From positions 192,001 through 256,000 of the forward strand of contig OY970364.1 of NCBI GenBank assembly GCA_963718565.1: DNA of 64,000 nt, given 5' to 3'. Shown here piece by piece: positions 29,775-38,851 of the stretch. The first letter of the stretch is position 1; every line of letters starts with the position of its first letter. Under the pieces are notes generated by a model. The model was given only the letters and a program-made list of their open reading frames with translations. It had not been told where the DNA came from and made no database searches. The translations under genes and the position numbers were made by a program. The DNA comes from an uncultured Verrucomicrobiae bacterium. GTDB taxonomy: Bacteria > Chlamydiota > Chlamydiia > Chlamydiales > Rhabdochlamydiaceae.

Positions 29775-30477
29775 AACTCTTACGGCATTGTGGAGACCAG
29801 AGCTGCTTAGCGATGAGGAAATGCACGAATGCTTGAAGGAAACGTGCTGGACTGCCAGAAGAGCCGCTTATTATGTCCTGGGCTTGAAAATCCCTGAGCT
29901 AAGTAGCCTTGAGGAAGAGAAAAGGCTTTGCCCTGATTTTGAAAAGTACTACGAGCTTTTCAAAAGCTGTTTTGAAGAGGGAAGAATTGCGGTCCATTCG
30001 TTTTGTTCAGAATATGGCAAGACTGTTCGGACTGCCTTGCCTGTCGATTGGTTGAAGCTAGTCCATAGGGGACGGCTGAAAGATGATGCCATCAATGACA
30101 AAGAGGTAAAGCGAGAAGGTCTGTATGTCGCTCCTTTGCTTACAGAAGCTTGGCTGCTTTTGCAAGGGAAAGCAGTCTTCGCCAAAAGGCGACCTGCTCA
30201 AGAAAGGGACGATAAGCTTTTCGCTTGGAGTGCTGCTAGAAAGCTGCGCAAGGATTTTTCTCAGTTGTCCAACCGTCAAATGGCACAGATCATCCACAAG
30301 CATTGCTCGAAGGTGCAGAAATATCCCTTCAAGACCGTTTACGGCTGGGTCATCGATTCAGCCATCCCCCTGAATGAAGAGCCTTCGCAAAATAGGCGAG
30401 ATAGAAATGGCCGTCCTAAAAAAGACAGCTATCAGAAGCTCTCTGTCGATTTCTCCTCCTATTTTAATCATTTGTAA
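29755..30477 (+). CDS. hypothetical protein, putative regulator similar to 51131..51874
   Basis: Overlaps int stop; shared KL...AA..L and KT(V/I)..W(V/I).D motifs. Confidence 0.65.
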   Translation: MHNLENKTLTALWRPELLSDEEMHECLKETCWTARRAAYYVLGLKIPELSSLEEEKRLCPDFEKYYELFKSCFEEGRIAVHSFCSEYGKTVRTALPVDWLKLVHRGRLKDDAINDKEVKREGLYVAPLLTEAWLLLQGKAVFAKRRPAQERDDKLFAWSAARKLRKDFSQLSNRQMAQIIHKHCSKVQKYPFKTVYGWVIDSAIPLNEEPSQNRRDRNGRPKKDSYQKLSVDFSSYFNHL

Positions 30478-30592
30478 CTCACTGCTACTCAACGTATTTT
30501 ACGGTTTTTCCACCGACGCCATTTTTTCATGGCGATAGGTCGCCGTAAAATGCGGTTATTAAATTCAAACTGCAATAGCAGAGGAGTGCGAA

Positions 30593-30886
30593 ATGAAAAA
30601 CGATAGATCAAAAAATACAGACGAAGTGGCCATAGAGCCAAAACAGACCCGGTTTATTCCTGTGTCGAAATGGAATGAGTTTCATGAGTGGCCTCCAGTC
30701 GGCGGCATGCGCCACTTGATCTTTTTTCGAAACGAAAATGGATTTGCTAAGGTCTTAAAGCGTCCTAATCGCACCTGGCTCATCGATGAGAAGGCATTCT
30801 TCAAGTGGGTGTCAGAGAAAAAGTACAGACCCCGCAAAAAGGAGTCAGAGATCCAGGAAAACTCTAAAATCGCAGTACAGCCATGA
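30593..30886 (+). CDS. Xis/AlpA-like DNA-binding protein (B')
   Basis: IPVSKWNEFHEWP...LIDEKAFFKWV, similar to 50683..50880. Confidence 0.75.
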   Translation: MKNDRSKNTDEVAIEPKQTRFIPVSKWNEFHEWPPVGGMRHLIFFRNENGFAKVLKRPNRTWLIDEKAFFKWVSEKKYRPRKKESEIQENSKIAVQP

Positions 30887-31932
30887 TAACTTCCGAAGGA
30901 TTCGTAAAACTTTATCGAGAGGGGCTTGCACTTTTAGAACTAAGTCTTCCAGCTTTCGCGTTATTGACGCAGATTGCTTTGCGTGCAAACCGGATGGATC
31001 CCGCTTATTCAATCTATCAACTCAAGGCTAACGAAGCACTCGTTGGCGATCATAAAAAGATTGGTTTGTCCAGGCAGCAATACCGTGATGCGGTACTGAG
31101 ACTTGAAGCACACGGCCTTGCAACTTTTCGAAAAACCAATCAAGGGACTATTGCAGTTCTCACTAACAAAGCCATTTTTGACATCAATGCTGAATCGGAT
31201 GAAGGGCCTATAAAGGCGTGCACAGCCTTAGAAAAAGAACCAATTTACAGCCAAGCGAGAACCATTCATCAACCATTGGAGAACCAAAAAGAAACCACTT
31301 TGGAACCATCAAAAGAACCAGCAGATTTGTCAATGAAAAATCGAGAAAAAGAACCATCCGAAGAACCAGTTGACAACCACCAAAGAACCATAAGAGAACC
31401 GGATAGAAACCAATCGGGAACCAAACCAGAACCACTAACAAAGAAAGAAGAAAAAGAAAAAAGAGCTGCAGCAGCTTATTCACGCACCATTTACAAATGC
31501 CTGGATGGGTTGGATTTGAGCGATCAGGAGAAGAGATCCCTGATGTGCTATAGCGAACATCGTGTGGCTCATGCTGCGGAATTTGTGAGAAGAAAGCACA
31601 ATGTCGACAGCCCCATCGGGCTGATGATGTGGGTTTGTCAACAGCCTAGCCTACCTGAGCTTCCCAAGGAAAATCGAAAAAGCATGACTCCTCAACAAAA
31701 GCTTGCCTGGGAGTACAACCAATTTTTTAGCAGCAATGGCTATACTGCTCAAGCAAAGCAAAATGAGGAAAAGATCCCCAATGATCGAATGGTGATTTTA
31801 GAACAGGGGCAACTTATGCCGATTACGCTAAACCATCCCCTTCAGATCTTGCAGGAAGATTTTCGAAAGTCCAAAGAGGAAATTTTGAAAAGCCAGAGGA
31901 TAGTTCGAGGACTGCAAAGTGATAAATTGTAA
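30883..31932 (+). CDS. phage-type replication initiator with internal iterons
   Basis: GFVKLYR N-terminus, LSRQQYRDA wHTH, linker made of 11-bp-phased AACCA repeats. Confidence 0.75.
   Translation: MITSEGFVKLYREGLALLELSLPAFALLTQIALRANRMDPAYSIYQLKANEALVGDHKKIGLSRQQYRDAVLRLEAHGLATFRKTNQGTIAVLTNKAIFDINAESDEGPIKACTALEKEPIYSQARTIHQPLENQKETTLEPSKEPADLSMKNREKEPSEEPVDNHQRTIREPDRNQSGTKPEPLTKKEEKEKRAAAAYSRTIYKCLDGLDLSDQEKRSLMCYSEHRVAHAAEFVRRKHNVDSPIGLMMWVCQQPSLPELPKENRKSMTPQQKLAWEYNQFFSSNGYTAQAKQNEEKIPNDRMVILEQGQLMPITLNHPLQILQEDFRKSKEEILKSQRIVRGLQSDKL
31237..31434 (+). repeat. iteron array (G/C/A)AACC(A/G), about 11-bp period; putative origin
   Basis: Copies at 31237, 31259, 31270, 31281, 31292, 31303, 31315, 31351, 31363, 31374, 31385, 31396, 31407, 31418, 31429. 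Confidence 0.8.
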
Positions 31933-32143
31933 GCTATCTGACAAGGCGCAATGGGGAGACTTTAGGGAGGGGTTTTGCGGAGCTAATAAAAAAGGGATTT
32001 TCATGGAAAAATTGATTTGTCTAGAGCTGCAAAACTTTTCTTATGTATTAAAAAAGGTAGTATCTATTTGTTAATCTTTTTCTCTGGAAATCCGCCCTTG
32101 GCAGATGCTATGATTTATTAGAAAATCCTCAATAAGAGTCGCT

Positions 32144-32725
32144 ATGAAAAACATCGAACACCCGCCGATTATACGGACGGACAGACTGGTGCTTAGGCAA
32201 TGGAGCAGCGCAGACCTGGAGCCGTTCGCCAGCATGAATGCCGACCCTAGAGTCAGAGAATACTTTCCCGGCTTGCAGACCAGGGAAGAGAGCAACCATT
32301 CCGTCTCCCTCGCGTCAAACCATATTGAAAAATTCGGATGGGGGTTCTGGGCGGCCTCACTTGCTGAAACGGGTGAATTCATCGGCTTTATTGGACTGGA
32401 GGATGTCTACTTTCAAGCTAAATTCGTCCCGGCTGTTGAAATAGGATGGAGGCTGGCATTCAAGCATTGGGGGAAAGGATATGCCACAGAGGGGGCTTTA
32501 GCCTGCCTACGCTATGGTTTTGAAACGCTTAAACTGAATGAAATAGTTTCCTTCACGCCTGTTGAAAATACCAGATCACGCGCAGTAATGCAGAAAATCG
32601 GCATGCATCATGACTCAAAAGACGATTTCGACCATCCGAAACTTCCAGAAGGGCATCCGCTAAAGCGCCACGTTCTCTACCGCTTGGAAGGAGATGAATG
32701 GAGGAAACAGCACAGGACGTCATGA
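32144..32725 (+). CDS. RimJ/RimL-type GNAT acetyltransferase
   Basis: TDRLVLRQW, EIGWRL...WGKGYATEGA, SRAVMQKIGM. Confidence 0.93.
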   Translation: MKNIEHPPIIRTDRLVLRQWSSADLEPFASMNADPRVREYFPGLQTREESNHSVSLASNHIEKFGWGFWAASLAETGEFIGFIGLEDVYFQAKFVPAVEIGWRLAFKHWGKGYATEGALACLRYGFETLKLNEIVSFTPVENTRSRAVMQKIGMHHDSKDDFDHPKLPEGHPLKRHVLYRLEGDEWRKQHRTS

Positions 32726-34668
32726 GCAAATATACATTCAAACCTTACAGCCCGTTATTTCCTAGCCTGTTTATAAAAGAAAAGGCTCGGATTGCCCCCC
32801 ATTTGCACTTTCCTGCGTCCATTGAACATGTTGGGAGCACGGCCGTCCCTGGACTGGGCGGAAAAGGCATTATCGATATAGCCATTGCAGTTGAGAAAGA
32901 CTGCATGGAGGCAGCAAAAAGCAAGCTCCAAGAGCTCGGCTATGAATTCCGTTCTTCTTTCAGCACGCCAGATCGCTTTTATTTCATCATCTACCTACCG
33001 GATCCAGAAGAGAGCAGTAGAAGGTATCATGTCCACCTGACTTACTCTGAAAGTAAAGAATGGAAAGAGCTGGTAGGCTTCCGAGACTTCCTTCTAAGCG
33101 ATTCTGAAGCCCTTCAGGAATACGCCGAACTGAAAAAGGACGCAGCGCTTACGGCGGATCAGAACGGAGAAAAATACAGGAAAATGAAAGAGCCGATGTT
33201 TCAAAAATTCAGAGCCTGGGTTGAAAAGAATATAACAGAAAAACGCTCTCTTTCAACTCAATCCATTATTGATTGCTTAAAAGCTAATTACGGCCTTGCA
33301 ATTACTGCGCTTATGCTTCTTCCTTTAGGGGCGGATATGAATGCGTCAGTCTATAAGGCTGAAACACAGAGTAGCCAGTCTTATTTCGTAAAGCTGAAAC
33401 GCGGCCATCGCTATAATATGAGCGTTGCAATATTAGCCTTGCTGCAAGCTTCAGGAATTCAACAGATCATTCCTCCTATCAAAACAACCAATGGCGAGCT
33501 GACTCAGCACATCAATGATTTCACTCTTACTGTATACCCATTTGTCGATGGACAGAACGGATTTTGCTATAACCTAACGGACGATCAATGGATTGCTCTC
33601 GGCAAAGTATTGAGGCAGGTGCATGAATTCGATGTGCCGTCTTCAATCAGAGATTTGATCAGGAAAGAAGCCTATTCTGATAAATGGCGCAAAGCAGTTC
33701 GAGCACTCGATGCTCATATTGATAAAACCCTAAATTCTGATGAAACGGCTTTGAAGCTGCAATCATTTATGAGAGAACACAGGGCCGTAATCCATCATCT
33801 GGTAGATCGGGCTGAAGCTTTAAGCCAAAAGATACAGGAACAATCGCCAGAATTCGTGCTGTGCCATTCAGATATTCACGGCGGCAACGTGCTGATCGAT
33901 GAAAACGGTTCCATCTTCATAGTGGATTGGGACGATCCTATTATGGCTCCCAAAGAGCGCGATCTCATGTTTGTTGGCGGAGGGGTAGCTAATGTCTGGA
34001 ATAATCCCCGAGAAGAAGAATTTTTTTATAAAGGATATGGAAAGACTGAAATTGACCGGCTAATCCTAGCTTATTACCGGCATGAGCGTATCGTGGAAGA
34101 TATTGCAGAGTACGGACAAGCGCTGCTTTTGACGCTGGACAGAGGCGAGGACAGGCTGGAAATGTTCGAACAGTTTAAGGGCATGTTTGAACCCAATGGC
34201 GTGGTAGACATAGCATTAAAAACAGATATCGATCCTCAGGCACGCCTCATATTCTCTGAAAAAGAAAGAAAAGTAGCGCTTGATTTTAGGCAGAAACATT
34301 TTTTTGATCGGTTGAAAATTCAAGATCCCTATGCTTGGGCATTAGATCAGAAAGATCATCTTCATTGGCTCTTATATGATGGAGATGAAGTTATTGGGTA
34401 TGCCCATGTGCAAATGTGGCCGGATCATAGGGCGGCTCTGCGCATCATAGTCATCGATGAGCAAAGACGCGGGCAGGGAATGGGAAAATACTTGATGGAT
34501 CATTGCGAGCAAGAATTGAAACAACGAGGCGCAACCATTCTCCAAACAGAAGCTTCCCCCAATGCTTATCTTTTTTACAAGAAACTTGGGTACATAGAAA
34601 TGCTATTCAATAATCCGGATGGAGAGCCTACCCACCCTGATGATCGGGCAATGGGGAAATATTTATGA
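32722..34668 (+). CDS. GrpB, APH(9)-like phosphotransferase, GNAT three-domain fusion
   Basis: EHVGSTAVPGLGGKGIIDI; LCHSDIHGGN, DWDDPIMAPKERDL, YYRHERIVEDI; RGQGMGK...FYKKLGY. Confidence 0.85.
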   Translation: MSKYTFKPYSPLFPSLFIKEKARIAPHLHFPASIEHVGSTAVPGLGGKGIIDIAIAVEKDCMEAAKSKLQELGYEFRSSFSTPDRFYFIIYLPDPEESSRRYHVHLTYSESKEWKELVGFRDFLLSDSEALQEYAELKKDAALTADQNGEKYRKMKEPMFQKFRAWVEKNITEKRSLSTQSIIDCLKANYGLAITALMLLPLGADMNASVYKAETQSSQSYFVKLKRGHRYNMSVAILALLQASGIQQIIPPIKTTNGELTQHINDFTLTVYPFVDGQNGFCYNLTDDQWIALGKVLRQVHEFDVPSSIRDLIRKEAYSDKWRKAVRALDAHIDKTLNSDETALKLQSFMREHRAVIHHLVDRAEALSQKIQEQSPEFVLCHSDIHGGNVLIDENGSIFIVDWDDPIMAPKERDLMFVGGGVANVWNNPREEEFFYKGYGKTEIDRLILAYYRHERIVEDIAEYGQALLLTLDRGEDRLEMFEQFKGMFEPNGVVDIALKTDIDPQARLIFSEKERKVALDFRQKHFFDRLKIQDPYAWALDQKDHLHWLLYDGDEVIGYAHVQMWPDHRAALRIIVIDEQRRGQGMGKYLMDHCEQELKQRGATILQTEASPNAYLFYKKLGYIEMLFNNPDGEPTHPDDRAMGKYL

Positions 34669-36431
34669 GCCGTATGAACTCGCGCGTTAGAAAGTTTTTT
34701 TCATACTACAAACCTTATCTTGGGCTTTTCAGCGCAGATATGGCTTGCGCGGTGATTGCTTCCGCAGCAATGCTTGCTATCCCGTTATGTGTCCGATACA
34801 TCACTACTAATTTGCTGCAGGTTGGCTCCACGGATGCCCTTCATCAAATCTATATGATGGGCGGCATTATGCTTGGTCTGATTGCTATTTACGCAGCATG
34901 CCATGCCTTTATTGACTATAAAGGGCATGTAATGGGCGCCTTGATGGAAAGAGATATGCGAAGCGAGCTGTTTGATCACTATCAAAAGCTCTCTTTCAAA
35001 TTTTATGATGAGCATAAAACCGGCCAGCTCATGACTCGCATTTCCCACGACACATTCGATCTTGCAGAACTCTACCATCACGGTCCCGAAGACGCAGTCA
35101 TTTCCTTTTTGAATTTCATCGGGGCATTTGTCATCTTGATGAGCATCAATGCCAAACTTGCTCTTATCGCCTTTCTTTTTGTTCCTGTTATGGGAATCTA
35201 TGGATTTTATACGGCCAAGAAAATGTACGCTGCATTAAAGAAAAGCAGCGACAAAATCGGAGATATCAATGCGCAAGTAGAGGACACTCTTGCAGGAATT
35301 AGAGTAGTCAAATCCTTTACTAATGAAGAAATCGAAAAGAAAAAATTCGCCTCTGAAAATAATCGTTTCCTTGAAAGCAGGCGAAAAGGTTATAAGGCCG
35401 AGGCTTATTTCTATGACGGGCTGATCTCTTTTACTCAGCTCATGACCGTCGCCATTGTCATTTTTGGAGCAGCAAGCATCGTTAAAGGCTCTTTAGATCT
35501 GGCTGATCTGCTCACTTTTCTTCTGTACATCGTTATCCTAATAGAGCCGATTCAACGCCTTGGCAATTTTATTCGGTTATATCAGCAGGGCGTTACCGGG
35601 TTTAACCGATTTATGGATGTTTTGGAAGTTGAACCGGACATTGAAGATGCACCGAACGCTGAGGGGCTGGATCAAGTTCGGGGAGAGATAGAATTCAAAA
35701 CGGTCAGCTTTAAATATAGAGAGGGCTATGACCATGTTTTAAAAAATATCTCCCTGAAAATAAATGTTGGAGAATACGTAGCCCTAGTTGGATTTTCAGG
35801 AGTTGGAAAGACGACTCTTTGCTCTTTGATTCCAAGGTTTTATGAGGCTAGCGAAGGGAAAATATTGGTCGACGGCCGAGATATTAAAAGTCTTAAGCTT
35901 ACATCGCTGAGGAAAAATATCGGCCTTGTCCAGCAGGATATCTATCTTTTTGCAGGAACGGTTTTGGAAAACATCCGCTACGGAAAACCTGATGCAACAG
36001 AAGAAGAAATCATCGCCGCAGCCAAACAGGCCAATGCGCATGATTTTATTATGATGCTCCCAAATGGGTATTCTACAGACATTGGCCAGCGCGGAGTTAA
36101 ACTTTCCGGAGGACAAAAGCAAAGGATCAGCATCGCTCGTGTCTTTCTAAAAAATCCGCCTATTATCATTTTCGACGAAGCCACTAGCAGTCTTGATAAC
36201 GAAAGCGAAAGAGCTGTGCAGAGTTCCATTGAAAGATTGATGAAGAATCGCACAACGCTTGTCATAGCGCACCGCTTGTCAACTATCAGAAATGCTCAGA
36301 GAATTCTTGTGCTGACAGATAAAGGGATTGAAGAACAAGGCACGCATGAGGAGCTTATCGCTTTAGATAAGACTTACGCCAGCCTGTATAATATGCAGCT
36401 AAGAATCGAAGATACTGGAGAAAGCACATAG
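34665..36431 (+). CDS. ABC exporter, fused permease/ATPase
   Basis: TM helices, GFSGVGKT, LSGGQKQR, FDEATS, AHRLST. Confidence 0.95.
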   Translation: MSRMNSRVRKFFSYYKPYLGLFSADMACAVIASAAMLAIPLCVRYITTNLLQVGSTDALHQIYMMGGIMLGLIAIYAACHAFIDYKGHVMGALMERDMRSELFDHYQKLSFKFYDEHKTGQLMTRISHDTFDLAELYHHGPEDAVISFLNFIGAFVILMSINAKLALIAFLFVPVMGIYGFYTAKKMYAALKKSSDKIGDINAQVEDTLAGIRVVKSFTNEEIEKKKFASENNRFLESRRKGYKAEAYFYDGLISFTQLMTVAIVIFGAASIVKGSLDLADLLTFLLYIVILIEPIQRLGNFIRLYQQGVTGFNRFMDVLEVEPDIEDAPNAEGLDQVRGEIEFKTVSFKYREGYDHVLKNISLKINVGEYVALVGFSGVGKTTLCSLIPRFYEASEGKILVDGRDIKSLKLTSLRKNIGLVQQDIYLFAGTVLENIRYGKPDATEEEIIAAAKQANAHDFIMMLPNGYSTDIGQRGVKLSGGQKQRISIARVFLKNPPIIIFDEATSSLDNESERAVQSSIERLMKNRTTLVIAHRLSTIRNAQRILVLTDKGIEEQGTHEELIALDKTYASLYNMQLRIEDTGEST

Positions 36432-36433
36432 AA

Positions 36434-37327
36434 ATGGCACCTCTTATTTCGCTTTATAAAGAGCGTTTAAATCTTCCTGAAGCTCAATTCACCTTCATAG
36501 ACCATGAAGATGCAATGGTAGCTGCAGTATTTAAAATCTCTCAGCCCGGAAACTCTGATCTGATTTTGAAAGTTTGCTCTCGAAAAGGAGACTTTTTAAG
36601 AGAGTCTTATTTCTTAAGCCGTTTTGCCGGCAAGATTCCAGTGCCGAAGATCATCCAGCTTATAGAACAAGAAGCTGGGCTGGATGCAGCTGTTTTGATG
36701 GAATACATTCAGGGCGATCTTCTTAAATCGAAAACAGTCACTAATGCTTTGGCATGGGAAGTCGGCTTGCTTCTTGCCCGTATCCACATCGAGCATGCTG
36801 AAGGCTATGGAGACCTGACAGATCCATCCCAGTTGAGCGGTGACCCTCGAATCCCTTTTACAATGAAATTCGAAGAGGGGTTAGAAGAATGCAAAGGCCA
36901 TCTGCCAGAGAGCCTGCTTGAAACATGCAGGCGCCATTTCGATAAAGACATCGATCTTCTTTTGTCCGCCGATGGCCCCTGCGTTATACACCGCGATTTC
37001 CGACCCGGCAACCTTATCGCTTCTGATGGAAAAGTGCGAGGAATTATCGACTGGTCTTCCGGCAGGGGAGGATTCGCTGAGGATGATTTCTGTCCATTGG
37101 AATTCGGAGAGTGGCCCGCAGGCTGTAAAAACGCCTTCTTAGAAGGATACTCTTCTGTCAGAAAGGTTCCTGACTACAAGCCAATGATGCCTCTTTTGCG
37201 CTTAAGCAGAGCGATTGCGGCGGTCGGCTTCACTGTCAAAAGAGGAACTTGGGAATCCAGAAACTCAAAACTTTATCAATTCAATCTCAGCTATCTTGAA
37301 TCTCTTCCCATCGGAGAGAAAGCATGA
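36434..37327 (+). CDS. aminoglycoside phosphotransferase-family protein
   Basis: IHRDFRPGN, GIIDW. Confidence 0.88.
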   Translation: MAPLISLYKERLNLPEAQFTFIDHEDAMVAAVFKISQPGNSDLILKVCSRKGDFLRESYFLSRFAGKIPVPKIIQLIEQEAGLDAAVLMEYIQGDLLKSKTVTNALAWEVGLLLARIHIEHAEGYGDLTDPSQLSGDPRIPFTMKFEEGLEECKGHLPESLLETCRRHFDKDIDLLLSADGPCVIHRDFRPGNLIASDGKVRGIIDWSSGRGGFAEDDFCPLEFGEWPAGCKNAFLEGYSSVRKVPDYKPMMPLLRLSRAIAAVGFTVKRGTWESRNSKLYQFNLSYLESLPIGEKA

Positions 37328-37366
37328 TGTTCGCATATTTGGAAAGAGCAACCTTCTTTTTTAATC

Positions 37367-38458
37367 TCAAAAATCACCAAAAAATCTGTTGTTTAGCGCT
37401 GTAGATAAGGATTGGATGTGTATATTCGAAAGATGGGCATATCTCTTGGTCATTTGGACGGTTTTATGGCCGAGGAGAGTTCCAATCTCAAGCAAGCTGG
37501 CTTGGTTCATGGCTAAATAGGAAGCTGCTGTATGGCGAAGATCATGGAATCGAAAGTTAGAAATACTTGCTTTTTCAAGTGCAGTTTCCCAGGCGGAGCG
37601 AATATCGATCGGTTTTGATGGAGAATGTGGAGCGGGGAATACAAGGGAAGTTGCAGACTGATTGGCATATCGAGATTTGAGTAGATCTAGCGCAATGCCA
37701 ACAAGGGGGACAAAACGGCGTTCTCCATTTTTGGTTGTCTGCAAAAGAATAGCTCCTCGATCCAGATCGACATCACCCCACTTGAGATTGAGGATTTCTC
37801 CTCGTCTCATCCCTGTAGAAAGAGCGAGTATAACAACAGGGTAGAGTCCTTTTGATTCACTCTCTTGGCAAGCTCTGATAAGCCTTGTTCGTTCTTCATC
37901 GCTTAAGAAGCGAGTCCGTTCGTTTGAAATTTTCGGTTTAGAGATCTTGAGGATGGGATTTTCTTGCATCCACTCCCAATCCCTCACAGCAACAGAAAAA
38001 GCATGAGACAGACTCGCTAGGTAGCGAACGACAGTGGTTGGAGAACGGGGTCTATTTTTACATGTGAGACTTGAGAGAAGATCGTCACGTTTTTTGGAGA
38101 TGAGATTAGGTTTGATATCAGAAAGGAGATAGCTTCCTAGCTCTTGTTTCCACCAAAGAAGATGCTGGCGCACATTGCGGGCGTTTTTTGGTTTGGTGAG
38201 TAAAACTTTTTCGATATAGCGATCGATCAGTTCGGAGAGAGTATGTCTGCTCCCTGGCTTCTCATAAGCGAAAGCGCCTCGTTCGATGGCCGATTCGGTA
38301 TCGCGTTTCCATTTCATGGCGAGGGTTTTGGAAGAGAAAGATTGGATGATTACCGGATTCCCTTTGATGCGAACGCGGGCGCGGTAGGAGACTGTCCCGT
38401 CTTTATGGGTGCGTTTGTCGATGCCTTTCACAAGCTTACCTTTGGTTTGAGTTTTCAA
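37367..38458 (-). CDS. tyrosine integrase (element B)
   Basis: GMRRGE, TKNG, FHDLRH, LGH, RYAH. Confidence 0.95.
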   Translation of the reverse strand: MKTQTKGKLVKGIDKRTHKDGTVSYRARVRIKGNPVIIQSFSSKTLAMKWKRDTESAIERGAFAYEKPGSRHTLSELIDRYIEKVLLTKPKNARNVRQHLLWWKQELGSYLLSDIKPNLISKKRDDLLSSLTCKNRPRSPTTVVRYLASLSHAFSVAVRDWEWMQENPILKISKPKISNERTRFLSDEERTRLIRACQESESKGLYPVVILALSTGMRRGEILNLKWGDVDLDRGAILLQTTKNGERRFVPLVGIALDLLKSRYANQSATSLVFPAPHSPSKPIDIRSAWETALEKASISNFRFHDLRHTAASYLAMNQASLLEIGTLLGHKTVQMTKRYAHLSNIHIQSLSTALNNRFFGDF

Positions 38459-38599
38459 AGGTTAGCTGCTGGGGTTATCGCCAATTGTTGTAGGCGAGTG
38501 GTCCACAAATGGTCCACGGAGAGAAATCGCACTTTGGGTTGGTTTTGATGTTATTGCATAACCAGCTCATTTTTAGTGCAATAAGCTCAAAAAGAAATG

Positions 38600-38646
38600 T
38601 GGGGCAACCTGGACTTGAACCAGGGACCGACGGGTTATGAGTCCGC
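38600..38646 (-). repeat. att site: tRNA(CAT) 3' half, B/C junction
   Basis: Identical to 21331..21377. Confidence 0.9.
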
Positions 38647-38809
38647 GGTGTGCCTCCAATTGGCAATCAATCGCATTAACTAACAGCAGACAGTTTAGCG
38701 GGTTACGAGATTTCAATCTATTGCGATCTTGAGCGATTTGTTGTGGTGTTTGGGACTTTAGTGGTCATCCAGTGGTCATTTGAGGAGTCTGGCCTATGCC
38801 CGGAAGAGC

Positions 38810-38846
38810 AACCCCGAAGAACCCCGAAGCCAAAAACTTCGGGGTT
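38810..38846 (-). terminator. hairpin AACCCCGAAG/CTTCGGGGTT with duplicated arm; possible terminator
   Basis: 10-bp inverted repeat just past the 38852 stop. Confidence 0.4.
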
Positions 38847-38851
38847 GGTTT

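Larger units (their letters stand above)
21378..38646. mobile_element. integrative element B (about 17.3 kb)
   Basis: Bounded by identical 47-bp tRNA fragments; integrase at att-proximal end; GTGGTCCACAAATGGTCCAC at both ends. Confidence 0.85.

Noticed and set aside
31237..31434. CRISPR array
   Set aside because: Units are 5-6 bp at an 11-bp period inside a CDS; no repeat-spacer structure or cas genes seen in the window
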